DNA of 62,603 nucleotides, the filler included, from Choristocarpus tenellus KU-1152 (Eukaryota; Protista; Phaeophyceae): the NCBI GenBank assembly GCA_964200185.2. It is 10 parts of 10 records of this genome, joined end to end, with 100 filler letters (N's around TTAATTAATTAA, not from the genome) between each part and the next. Parts side by side here need not be neighbours in the genome. Positions count along the whole stretch, not along the records: positions 8,275 to 14,547 come from CAXNAD020008509.1; positions 14,648 to 22,038 come from CAXNAD020006226.1; positions 22,139 to 24,678 come from CAXNAD020026936.1; positions 24,779 to 38,769 come from CAXNAD020001308.1; 6 more parts are not named here. The stretch is one strand, 5' to 3'. The position numbers and the translations under genes are program-made. The notes below the pieces were generated by a model. It was not told the origin of the DNA and made no database searches. It saw nothing but the letters and a program-made list of their open reading frames with translations. This document shows positions 12,557 through 25,370 of this stretch, piece after piece (positions within the stretch are counted from its first letter, which is position 1; every line of letters begins with the position of its first letter).

Positions 12557-14820
12557 AAGATTGTAGGATCACAAGCCTTAGTGCTAAGCTGGATTTTTGT
12601 TTTGGGGCTTGAATGGCAGGGGAGGGGCAGAGGAGGGCAAGTATGGTAGGACTACAAATGAGAATGCTCTGACTGCCTTCCCACGGGACATTGGAAAGTC
12701 AGCATTAATCCTTAATGATAGTACGGGTTTTGCTTGACGGTGTGAAGAAGTGCAATGATTTTTTGGTTGTTTTGTTGTACTCAGGTCTAATTGATTGAGT
12801 TGGAAACCTTGCTCGTTTTAATGACACCTCAGGGAAGTGCCCTAGACTTGAATTTTTAAAGTGTGATTTACTTCTTGACAGCGAGGAGATCAAAGCTTTA
12901 GAAGAATAAGTGTATGAGGTTGGGTATATGATGGTTTTATTTGCCCTCTTTGGAAGGTGTACAACATTTCTCAATCATAGGAGTCACAGTGATGCTGCCT
13001 GGTATGGGATGAAAAACTGCCGACACACCCTCATTGGTAAGGCCTCCGTTAAGTGTTTTGTGTTCATGTCTATAGCCTCCTGTTTTGTTGTTGGATTTTT
13101 TTTTCCAAGTCTAGCACAGCTCACACATACCAGGGGATTGTACGCATTGTGTGTGGGCAGATATCGATGTCATGGAAAGGGAAGATGTAGCACAAAGGCA
13201 TCCTATTATTTGCTCATCGCAACATGTTGGTGTAGATGTTACCGTTCCTTCAGAGTCTCCTACACCCTCATTATCGCTGTTTTTCCTTGTCTGTAGCATG
13301 TTCCCATCAGAAAAGCAATCCTACCACTAATAATCTCCACTATTTCAAGGCCTTATGTTGCTGGTAGGAGTTTCTTTCGGCAAGGGGGGTGGTTGGTTTC
13401 CTGCACGATTGACATGGAACAATGAAGTTTGAGGCTGTAGTGGATGATGGTGCGGTTGAATAGCATTGGATCAATATGAATGGAGATGCTGATGTGTATG
13501 TGAGGTAATTGCCGTTTGTGGTAGCCATCCTTGTTTTAGGTGTGTGTGATGATTGTTCAATGTAGAGTGTTGAAGTGTGAGTCTTGTTCTTCTGGGGCAG
13601 TTGGCGGTGACTTGTGTTGTTCTGTCTTGGGTGCTGCTATTACTACTAGCTACTATTAGAACCCTCTTGCTCTGTTTGCTCTCAACATGGATAGGGTGTG
13701 TGAAGAAAGCTTGTGTCTATGTTTAATGTTGTGTGAGGCATACCTTGTTCAGGCTGGCAATTGAGCAGACTGCCAACCTTTTTGTGAAAACACTAGGTTG
13801 CAATCTTCAGTTGGTATCTATGAAATGTTGCATACATTACCATGGTTTATGTACTGTAGTACTACTACTGTCTGACTTCATTGAACCACCTCCACTATTG
13901 ATGCAACAAACCGAGTCTGGTTTACACGGTGAGTGCCTTGATTATTCATTTGAACAAATATTCAATACCTTGTCGTGATTGTTGTGATCTATGTTGTTCG
14001 GCCAACTACTACCACTATTTCAAAACACAGTTGAATCGGTTAATGAAATAAGTGTCTGCAATATTTTCAGCACTGCAATGAGTAGGGAAGACGCATTCAT
14101 TGTGCCTATCCAGCAGATAGAACAGCAAGAAAAATAGTATAATATTCAGCACTGGGCTGAAGTTGGTGTAAGTGTGACATCATTTTGATCATCCTATATA
14201 TTTCTTCAATAGGGTAGGTTTGTACAAAAGAACGATACTATACAGTTTCAGAGTGATGCAGATCAGGAAGGATGTAAGGGTGTGGCTTTTTTGTTTCAGA
14301 GGGATGGGTCAGAAATACGTTCTAATGGTGTAAGTTACTGGTTTGGCTGGTTTGCCCAGGCGACACACTGCGCGTCTTCTTCCACCTTACATAGCTGCAC
14401 AAAGGTTGAAGTTGTGCTATTTATCGAAACCGTGTTACTGTTGATAGCAGTGCTGCCTACTCTGAAGAGGATATTATTACTGCACCAACAGATATAACAT
14501 CAACCATGAGGATATACCCTTGACCCAAAGTATCTGGGGAGGGGGGGNNNNNNNNNNNNNNNNNNNNNNNNNNNNNNNNNNNNNNNNNNNNTTAATTAAT
14601 TAANNNNNNNNNNNNNNNNNNNNNNNNNNNNNNNNNNNNNNNNNNNNAAAACCTTAACCCTAGTCCACACCTCATCCATTAAAGCATTCCCTCTCACTTC
14701 CTACCTACTCCCCCCCCCCCTCTCCCCCCCCTCCCACAAAACCTTCTCCTACATCTGCCTTGTCTCCGCTACCACACACCCACCCATTTCCCCCTTCCCC
14801 CTCCCACCCTGATGGCTTGC

Positions 14821-15973
14821 CTTGGCCATGATTTCAGAAGCTTTGCTGAGGGTGGGCTGCCGGTCGGTGACCATGGCCAGTCCCCTCACCGCAAGGTCCA
14901 GCAGTGTGTCTGGATTGTATTGACCTTGCTCGTTTGTTATGTCTGCTTTGTACTTAGTTAAAGGGGGGCGGGGGGAGCCGGGTGAAACGAGATGTGGAGG
15001 TAAGAAGAGGGTGGTAAGTGGTAGCAAACGGTTGACAGGGGCACAAGAGTCCTGCTTGTTGGACACAAGTAACTCTTTCCTTAAATGCATTAACTTCTTG
15101 AACGCCATAGCGAATTCCCAATCGAAACACTCCGGCATATAAACTCAGCCCAATAAATATACTCTATGAGCACTGAGGTGTACCTACCTACCTATGCTCA
15201 AAAACAACGACTGAAGTTGGTGTGTCCTCCATGGTTTGAAGTGTGGTATATTCAGCACTCCAGAGCGGAGTGCGGTATCACAACGTTAAATTTTCTTCAT
15301 TTCCTTGGGACTGAACAGGGACAGTAGTACCACCAACGCCCACTTGTGTGGAGCCTCGACAAAAGAATAAGACAAATAAAATGTGGGAGTCTAAATCTCA
15401 ACAGAGCAGACCATCAACAAATAACCTTCCACAGAATGCCCTGAACATTTCACTGCCCCGTGTTTCTACCTTCTCATGACGACTTGCTGAACCCCCCTCT
15501 CCCCCCCCGTCTACAATCACAATGCTTTCATCACCCCATACCACCGCGTACACGATGTTCTTTCTGCTCCAAAGAGGGTCAATAAAGCGGCAAAGGGCAC
15601 ATACATTGCACAATGCCGCAGTAGCGCTACAAAAACAAAACAAAAACAACACTGGAAATATTATTATTATTATTATTACTAGTGTTGTGAACCGAAAGAA
15701 TCTATGACTACGATTTCGAATTGGCTAGTATAGGGTTAGGGTTAATTGGATTGAACTGAAACGAATTTAACATTCTGTGCACAAGGGTGGCACACATCCA
15801 GGTAGTCGAGTGGCGCATGGGACCTCAAGGCAAAGACTCTGAATCTTCTACTGGTTTCACTACATGGATCCAAAGTCATGATGAGTGAAACGTGTAGTGA
15901 GGTGTGGGTAGTGATAGTGGCATAAACTTGCGACAAATGTATATATATGTATGTATGTATGTGTATGTATGTA

Positions 15974-16016
<43 letters not shown>

Positions 16017-19000
16017 CTTTTGATGATCTCAGACATGTTCTGTAGTTGCATTTCTGGTTTTGTGTGTGATAACAAAAAAAGTAACCGAATGACCTAACAT
16101 TTCCAGTTCCCAGAACTTGAAAAAAAAAATGTATCAGGTTGGGTACACTATAATTTGGCACCCGTTGGTCTGAGATGAGGCATTGTAAAACAAAAAAATA
16201 ATAAAAACATGAACAGACAAAAAAAGGAATGGCATATCGGTATGAAAGAATAAGGCACCAAAGACTTGCAAAACGGGTGAGATCCAAAAAGGTCAAAACA
16301 TACTTTGTGCCATGGAAATAACAAAATTTAAAGCGACTCCAACGTCAACACCAGGGCAGGTACTAAAATGCTTGTATTCCCCGGTGGTTTGACCTCCGAA
16401 AAAAACCCCTCTTGAATCACTTCCATCACCGTCGCCACTGCCCTAACCCTTACGCTAGAAGTGTAGCCCAGGCGTGGGTCCTTCCTTGGTTTCTAAACCT
16501 GATCGGAACAACTCCAATACCCTGAGGTAGGGCATCTACTCTCAAGTGCACTGCTTTGGGCTGAGGTCAGTTTATCGGAAACAGCACGACGAGGAGCGAT
16601 GTCATCCCGCAATGATGAACCGACTCCCTCGCTGCACAAAACAAGCACTAGGTATGGAACAGTACACTTCTGCAACAGAAGTCGACAACAAGACCCATTA
16701 GAGCAAGACAGGTGGCAAGGGGGGGGGGAAGGGGCAGGCAGATATATTGATAGAGGGAAGGCAACAGATTCCTTTGAAACACTCACAGGAGCAACAATGC
16801 CTTCATCCTCCACGTCAAAGACGCTATCCTTGAATCGACCCTCAGTGATGACTCCAGAATGGCTGATGAATAGCCCTATGCCGTCGCGTACACCATGGTG
16901 GAACTCCCCTGTATACTCTGAGCCAGACAGCCACCTCTTAACTCCCTGTCCATGCTGATGTTGTTCCAGTGGGGGAAGAAAGGGGTGTCAAATCAACCTT
17001 TGCCATAGTTCAAGGAGGACAAGGTGGGAAAGAGGGGGGCAAGATAAAAACTTGGGTAATAGGGGTAGCTGCGCAGTCGAATGATGCTCGTTCATGCTGT
17101 ATACAGGTGATTGGTCAAACTTCGGAATTAGATCTGAAAACGCGATTTCTTGCGACAAAATCACACCAGAGTGCATATATGCTGTATACATAGACCACCC
17201 ATAGACCCCCCAGTAATAGCCCTACTGTGTCATTGTGAAATGGTACTGCCGAGATTCCTTGGCGCCTGAGTGTTTCTGGCTGTCCATGTGCATGCGTGTG
17301 TCCACCAGACCCAATGTATCTGGGGGGGGGGGTCTATACCAGGGTGTCCATTTGGGAAAGGAGCTGAAAATTCCTGTGCCTGCCCAAACCTGTAAATTTT
17401 TAGACATATTTTGTCCATTTCCTGCTACAGAGCAAGCAGACTCAGAGCGGATGATCTCAAAACAGCTAACTGTGAAAATTGTGACCTAGAAATGAGCAGG
17501 CCAACCGGATTAAGGTTTTTTATTTAGTGCAGTTCCTTGTGATCTTTCTTAACACCAAAGCCAGATGCAGGAGGATGCACAGGGGTCTGCCAAGAAAAGG
17601 AAACAGAAAGGATAGATAACACCTGACATAAGACTGAAGCATTAATAAAAATTAAGAACTATCGAGCTGATTTAACTTGCACTCATAGATACTTTTGATT
17701 CACAATATCAAAGGTCAATGTATCTGGTGCACACACACACACACATAAAGTAAGGGACAGGGGGAAGGGTGGGGTGGGGTGGGGTTTCTCCACACCTCAG
17801 TAACAGCAGGCAGCACAAGCAAACTCTAAAAAAGATGCAAAAGTAAGCGGCAATCGGCGATATTAAACGGTGACAGGTTTATGCTGAACCCAAAGGATCT
17901 CACTCTCCCCCCTTCCCCAACAACCGCCCACTACAAATCACCTCCTTTCCCCTGCAGAATTGCCCTGTGTACTCAGTCCCATCTGGCCAAGTCTTAGTAC
18001 CCTTCCCATGCATCTTTCCATTGGCCATGGTGCCCACATACCTTTCAGGCACATCATACGGTAGGGGGCATCGGGCCCACAGTTTTGATGTAGTAGTGGG
18101 TGACCAAGGTGGAAACATGGTGGAAGGCACGTGCATTCTCGTGTGTGTCTTCTATGCACATGCACACACACACGCTTCAGTATTAGTACTAATGCACTTT
18201 ATTTATCGGAAATTCATGGTCTTAATGAGAATTGGAAATTAGAGTAACCTATGAATCGTGTCTCACACAGCTGCACCCACCCATGCCTGAATACTTGAGA
18301 GAAGTAGATTGCAGTCTTCATCACAACCTCTAAGCTACGGATATATTCGGACCATACATCTCTTTTTTTATTACTAAAAACACTTTAACATTTGCTCCGG
18401 ATCTTCTCCCACAACATAACCCTATCCCTAATAAAACAATAAAATAGTGAACCGGTCTAAGCACAAGCACTAGTCAGGGAATCCAGACCGATCTACATGG
18501 GAACTTGGGCCACAACATATTTTCGTTCTCATTCCCCTTGTGAGACAAGAGGGTACATCGATTCCTCCTCACAATGAACCTAGGGACATGATGCTTTCGG
18601 CCGACCCAGTCACCAGCAAACACATGTCACATGTCATACCAACCGAGAGGAAGGTGTCACTGAGTTGTAAAGCAACCCACCCATATGACTTACCGGTGGC
18701 ACAGGGCATGTCTGGAGAGAGCACTTTTTCAGTCCACAGGAATAAGTTATTCTTCTCGATGATACCTCACACGCCAGCCAATTGTTTGAACTACAAAAAA
18801 AGAACAAAATGATCAAACTGAAACCGTTCTACTTGAAGTACCCCTCCTACACCCCCAAGGTCTACTATACCCATAACACTACACTTACACTCTGTACCCG
18901 ACTGGACTCCTGAAAATTATATATATAAAAAAAGGGGGCGCTCCAGTCCCAATATGTGGACTGAGAAAGAGGGCGCATGTGTCCTCACTTCTCTCCTGTT

Positions 19001-20727
19001 TCAAGCACTACTAGTCGTAATAGCACACAGTATCTTACGCAGGACTCAATCTTACTATGCTGCATTTTCCCATCTATTTTCTGACCACATACAACAATAA
19101 CAATAATAATAATAACAATAGTAGTAAAAATAATAAGAACAATAATGATAATAAAAAAACAATAAACAATAGTAGTAATACTAATAAAAACAAATACTAT
19201 CTCAACTACTGCTGTTCTTTGTGCCTTACCGAATACCGTTGCCAAACTGGATAGTAGAGTCTCTTCCGCCTGTGGAGGTGTGCTGATACCCTGTACAAAA
19301 CTCACTACACTCATCAAGTCGCCGAGTTGACAACACAAGAACACAAAAACACAAATAGACACACAGAAGGGGAAAGGAACAGGAAGTGTGAGACTAGGAG
19401 GAGGGAGGGGGATTAAAGGTGAGAAAAAATATATAGATGCAAAACTTCATGCTCTTAGCTCTGCATCATCATTATTAAAATTATGATTATTATTATTATC
19501 ATTGAGTCAAAATATCTTAGAGGGTATAGCCGTGTCCATTTGGGGGCCAAATCCAATGTTGTAATTTTGACATAATTTTGGCTATCATGTTTGTTAGGAA
19601 ATGTCAATACCCTTGTTCTGGAGCCACATTTTTTTCATAACGTATACATTTTACCTACCCCGAAACATTTTGGAGTAGGTAAATGTCATTAAAAACCCGT
19701 GGGAACCCAAGCCCCAAATGAACAAACAGGAAAAAACTCGTACCCTCTAAGACACTCTCACTCACTATGATTGTGTGTGCTGCTCACTTGTAACAGAACA
19801 ACAGGGTGAATGATACCTCTCTTCAATTCCTGTCCAGTGCCTACTTTGTCAGTCAGCCAACTCAAGCAAGGAGCCGTCCCCCTCCCCCTCCCCCAGGTCC
19901 TTGACATGAGAAGTGAGGTGGGTTTTATGTCTTTTACACACTACACATTACGGGATAGATCGGACCTAACCCTAAACCGATCCCAATCAACTCCTCACGA
20001 AGTGGGGGAGGGGAAGGTAAAAAAAGTCATGGATTGCCAAAATATTTCAGACCCCAAATGAACAAACAGAATAAGATTCCTGGCCTCTTAAAATGCTTTG
20101 GTTCAAATCCTTATCTCCAGCAGATAGATGCTTTTCGTTTTTTAGGGTTATTGTCCGAAAAAGTTAATCAAAACTGAGTAACAAATATTTTCTTTTTTTA
20201 ACTCTTCATTTCAATTCGACAGTCATTTTTTCTTCTTGCAGCACGAGTAGCCGGTGCAACAGTTCCTCTCCAGTTCCATTTTGCGCTTTAGGGTTAGGGG
20301 TTAGGGTTCGTCAATCGCTGCGAGCTGTGACGCACAAAAAACAAAAGCAGAAAAAATATATACAAAAAAAGAAGAAAACAAATCTTGAGGTCTTGGGTAC
20401 GTTTCTTGAGTTTTGATGTTGCAATTTCCGTTCTGAGGAAAGATGGGGCAGTAAGACGATGCTCTCGCTCAAGCAGCACCAGTGTCTCCCTAACGAGGTC
20501 AACTTCGAGCTTGGAAGTTTCCCCCGTACAACTTAACGTGTGCAAGGAGACACTCACAACAATGGGCTACACAACGAACCCTGACGAATCAATCCGCAAC
20601 AAACCTCACGATAAAAACGCGACAGACAATAAATATTTTGAAGAGAACTCCAGGTACTGCGCTTTTGGACTTGGACAGAGCACAAGTTGTAGGTAGAAGC
20701 AAAAAATCGGAGGACATTTTTTTTTCC

Positions 20728-20772
<45 letters not shown>

Positions 20773-20863
20773 TTTTTTTTTTTTTTAAATTTTTTTATTT
20801 TTGTTGTTTGGTTTTTTTTTAAAAAAAANNNNNNNNNNAAAAAAAAGTGGAATTTTTTTTTTT

Positions 20864-20900
<37 letters not shown>

Positions 20901-21587
20901 GGGGGGGGGGGGAAGTTATGGTGATCGAAGTATTGATGCAACTAAAATGTGTCACTTAATTTTCTTTTCATACGCACACTTCGGCCACGGTGGCGTCATG
21001 TTGTAAAAAAATAATGAAAAAAAAGAAATGATTCAAATGGAACCCAAAACATAACTGTTTTACCTTTTTTTTTAAATACACATTTTCTTCTGGCCCAACT
21101 AAAAAATGGGTGAATTTTCAAAGGTTACGAAAATCGTAAAATCACTCTCTGTTGAGATCACAACTCCAATAATTAACAGATACCTTTAGCCACAGTAGGG
21201 TCATAGTAGAGGCCAATCCAGTCAGAGTTCAACAAACGCGTGCAGAGCCCCTAGTGCTTATACCTCAAAGAAGAGACATTAGCCATTCCACACTCTCATG
21301 TGCTGGAGGTACAACAAATCTTAGTTGGCCTTGCAAATCACATCTAGAAAGAAAAAATCCCCAACACACCTCAAACACCAGGACCCGTCCTGATACTCCA
21401 CCAGGCCCCACCCATGTGCCTTGCCCCCACTAATCTCGCCAAAATAGTCCAAGCGACCTTCTGGGCTGAACCAACACAGGTAACTCCCGGTCCTGAGTAC
21501 CATGCCATGCTCACTGATGCAACGCAGCTTCATCTGAGCAGCCTTAGCTGCCCGTCGGCGGCCCTCCCCTGCTGCTACTACTGCTGC
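14821..21587 (-). CDS. MORN-repeat protein, partial. Best exons 21370-21587, 17942-18151, 16787-16954, 14821-14952; probable linker exons near 19230-19290 and 18694-18790
   Basis: MORN repeats YFGEISGGKAHGWGLVEYQDGS, YVGTMANGKMHGKGTKTWPDGTE, YTGQFCRGKE|HGQGVKRWLSGSE and YTGEFHHGVRDGIG. One repeat is split across a phase-0 junction. The middle and terminal exons are less certain. Confidence 0.8.
15947..16014. repeat. (ATGT)n/(GT)n microsatellite
   Basis: Read directly from the sequence. Confidence 0.9.
17308..17356. mobile_element. MITE family B-type terminus inside a MORN gene intron
   Basis: GACCCAATGTATCTGGGGGGGGGGGTCTATACCAGGGTGTCCATTTGG matches the termini at 8131 and 56422. The sequence beyond it diverges. 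Confidence 0.75.
19504..19763 (+). mobile_element. MITE family A, full length (260 bp), intronic
   Basis: GAGTCAAAATATCTTAGAGGGTA ... TACCCTCTAAGACACTCTCACTC. No clean TSD. Confidence 0.92.
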
Positions 21588-23210
21588 CTGGGGAATGGGG
21601 TGGTACCAGATGTGGCAGGGAAACACATTGTCTTGACTCAAGGTGTGATGTTTGAGGCTATCCAATTGGTGTGATCTTGTCAAAAACGAAGCAGCATGTG
21701 GTACTGGCAACACAATAATATGATAGGACAATTCTTGTTACTGTTCACTGATCTTGGCACTCACTTTGGCTTTGACACAGATGTCCCTTTGCTCTTCAAA
21801 ACGACCCTCACGGAGGGTTTGGTGACTAAGATCGGAGTACATACACTTTGGAATCCCTCCTGCCAAGTGGGATTTCAGGAGCAGGTCCCCTGCCCCTACA
21901 AGGTCAATATCCTCATGCACCTTGTGTGCCATAGGCATTCATTTCAGTTTGTTTTGGGTTGTTGAGAGCAGGGGTGGGGGGTGGGGGGTGGAACAATGAT
22001 CAAGGTAGATAGGCAAGCGGTAAGTAGGGTCGAGTTGGNNNNNNNNNNNNNNNNNNNNNNNNNNNNNNNNNNNNNNNNNNNNTTAATTAATTAANNNNNN
22101 NNNNNNNNNNNNNNNNNNNNNNNNNNNNNNNNNNNNNNAGTGAAAATCGAAAAACGGGTGAAAAACCGACGCCGACACCCCCCCCTCAGATACTTTGACC
22201 CACCTGTTGTCTGCATTGTGCTGACCGAAAAGATACAACCTCGTTCGAGGTTGCACTATCAAATTTTCTTCCAACATGCAACACTCAAATATCAAAATCA
22301 GGTTTGATCAACATAAAAAGAGCAAGCAAACCAGGTGCGGAGCTTGGACGGCCTTATCTAGTTTTATTGTGTGCACCCCAGTCATTTTCTTGCGCCTTGT
22401 ACACCTACCTATTGTTTGCAAACTGGGGAGTACTCCGCTTTTCACAGGCACATGTGATTAAGTGGGTAGAGCTACTGCGCTACACTCCCAAAAGTAGTAG
22501 CTACGCGGATGTCCTGGACCTGACTATGACTTCAATACCGTTTGCTGTGATCAGTTGATCCCGTGACTGATTGAACCGAAGCAACTGAGAGGTAGTAAAG
22601 GTAGCATTTTTAGGATGTTGAGAAATGGCAAACATGTCTTTTGGTACAATTGTAGAGAAAGGGTTTTGGTGAGTTGTGGTGGAAATAGGAAATATCAATT
22701 TGCGGACATTATTGTGGATATAAATCAATGGAAAATGGTGAATTGCACACAGTAAGAAAAATGACTCACATTATAACAAGGTTGAAATGTGCCTTCCTCT
22801 CAATTACGTTTACTCGTCAAGACTCTGAAGCATTGCTGTACTTGAAGTACAGGTAGTGTTACACTTGAAGTATATGAAATGCTGCTATGAGTAAGTGCAG
22901 TGGAGTTGTTCATGCCATACTTTGTAGGGAGTCTAAGCAGGAGAGTCTGTATAGCCAAGAAATTGGCGGTGCCACGTCTTGGAGGATAAAACGGAGATTC
23001 CCGCCAACCCATAGTTTGGGGGTATTGGTGGCGGATAGGTATTACGTTACAAGATATACTACCAGTATACACATATACTGCTGGTGGAATGATATCCAAT
23101 ACCTGATACAGTCATTGGTTTCTTTCACAATAATACTGTTCTGACGACTCTATCACTTCTATTAGAAATAATGATCTGAACTACATTGTTCATACTTCGA
23201 AATACTGTAC

Positions 23211-24173
23211 CTTGATGTCAGATCCTGACCAATCTAGAGTGCGGTCAGCAAGAGAGGCAATATTGGCGTCTGTGAGAGAGTGGTTGATGCCCTCAAGGAA
23301 CCTCAAGATCATCTCTGCTCGCTCGTCACGATTTGGTGGGCCCACATATATGCGCCCATGGAACCTGCGGAGCAGTGCTACATCTACATCATCTGGTAGG
23401 AGCAAACCATATTCAGAGGCCAGTGAGGACGACATAAATGTTTTTTGGTTTAACACACTTTCTCTCCTCTAATAAATTCTTGTCAGTAATCATAATCAAG
23501 GTAGGATCACTACATTTACAGTTTAATGTAAGGATGTATTCGTTCAACAATTCGATGAATGCTGGGACTAGTTACTACATTATGTGAAAGGAGTATTGAA
23601 GTTTAGGGACAATCATATGCTATTTTATTTGTTTGGCTCAGTCCTCAGCATCACTACAGTGAAACAGTTTTTTGTAGTCCATGATTATATCTGGACTGGG
23701 GTTAGGAGGTTAATACTGAGTGTTTTCCTCCAATCATTACTCCAATGCCAGGCCGGCCAAATTGCATATCTCCTGCACCTAATGTGAGTAACCATTTGAC
23801 AAGGAAGGAAGCACTTGACAGGAAAGATTTTCGTCTACAGAACTCTCCTCACACTCTAGTAGCTGCAAGAGCAGTCTTGGAGGTACTTGAACCCTGAACA
23901 ACAAGGGAATCACAATGTTACTTGGAAGTATAATACTGTAACATATGATACAGTGGGGTAGGCAGTCAACTTTTGGGAGGGTTGCATGTACGCTTGGAGG
24001 CGGACATAGTTGTAACAACTGCGCATGTTAAAGAGAGAGGAAACAGAATGACTATAACCACTGCATCCTTCACTTACCTATGCGATTGGTTGCTCCAATC
24101 ACGATGACCTGATCTCGAGGGCTGAGTAGCGAGGTCTGCATCAAAAGCTCGGCCAGGAGTCGACGTGATTGTA
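23211..24173 (-). CDS. AAA+ ATPase of the katanin/spastin/fidgetin/VPS4 group, partial. Exons 24078-24173 and 23211-23392
   Basis: Spliced QSRRLLAELLMQ...QVIVIGATNRID|DVDVALLRRFHGRIYVGPP...WSGSDIK gives the second region of homology (GATNR-x-D-x-x-D-x-ALxRRF) and the lid SGSDI motif. The phase-1 junction is consistent. The Walker A/B exons are not in the contig. Confidence 0.88.
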
Positions 24174-24792
24174 CTAGGAGGGCAGCAGGTAAACCACCCG
24201 TTGGAGAGAGATGGCGGCAGGGTAACATTAGTGTAGAAGGGTATTTATTTTCGAGAAACAGGCTTCAGGGTGCGCGTAGAATGTTTGTAGGAGTTGTTGA
24301 TCTTGCACTGCTCTTGCTCGACCTGTGGTTGCAATACTGAGAGCAATGAGCTATGACAGTGCTTTCCATCACATCCATAATAAGAAACGTAAAATATATA
24401 CTCCCAAACTCAAGGTCTTATGGAATATGGGGGTAGAACTGATAGCTCACCATCATCTTGCCCATCCCTGCTTGGTGCCTGCTTTCCAGGTCAGCGGAAA
24501 TATAGCCAGGTTGCACACACCACGGGTAGATCAGCGAGGGTTACAAGTCTGTTTGAATGTCAATAGCTGACGGAGCACCCAGGATATTACAACTCTGTCT
24601 CCTCGGCATGTCAATTCCAAGAGTACATTTGGCACAAAGTATCTGGGGGGGGGGGGGGGGGGGGGAAAAAAAAGGGGGNNNNNNNNNNNNNNNNNNNNNN
24701 NNNNNNNNNNNNNNNNNNNNNNTTAATTAATTAANNNNNNNNNNNNNNNNNNNNNNNNNNNNNNNNNNNNNNNNNNNNGCAATGTCTTACAG

Positions 24793-24885
24793 TATTCTTA
24801 TGTTTAGGACATTTTATATACACATATGTAGTTTTCATTGGTTTTCCCCTGACACATCTGCAAAATGTCAGAGGGCATAATAATA
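24793..24885. repeat. Dispersed repeat family C. Other copies at about 54905-54950 and, reverse-complemented, at about 62000-62092
   Basis: The core gttttcccctgacacatctgcaaaatgtcaga is shared across three different contigs. Confidence 0.7.
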
Positions 24886-25370
24886 AAAAATAGTAGTAGT
24901 AGAGCAGTAGCACACATTTTAGTCTAAACGGGTTCGACACTAATCGAGTACATATATAGATTTTGTTTTTCCTGGATTCAGCTTACACGAATTAATTGGT
25001 TGAATCTATATGACTACTATAATAATGATTCGTTACTGTATTAGTATGAGAAGTAGTTAAATGTATATTAGGATAGGAGTATATGTGAATATGAATTGGA
25101 TAAAACTTACAATATAGTAGTAATAATAGAAAAGGTTGTGCTGCAAAAATACTAATAATACAAAGACAGTATGAATAGAAAAACATTATACAGTATATAC
25201 ATAATATCTAATACACATAAGGGGTCGAGAAACGCCTCCTTGACCTGAACGGTTAGTCAAACGTATGCATGTTGGATGTCCCTTCTGTGTACTTGGCCCT
25301 CACCTACCCAACCCCTTAGACTCTTACCCAACCTCTTTGCGGCAGGGGCGGGCCCTGCTTGTTTGTCAAA

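Noticed and set aside
20715-20915. Poly-Phe ORF 20638-21006 and the long poly-T tract
   Set aside because: Low-complexity sequence around a 10-N gap, probably poor-quality read ends.
22800-23102. Next exon of the AAA ATPase
   Set aside because: An open frame and acceptor exist, but the expected lid continuation (LCREAA-like) is absent, so it cannot be assigned.
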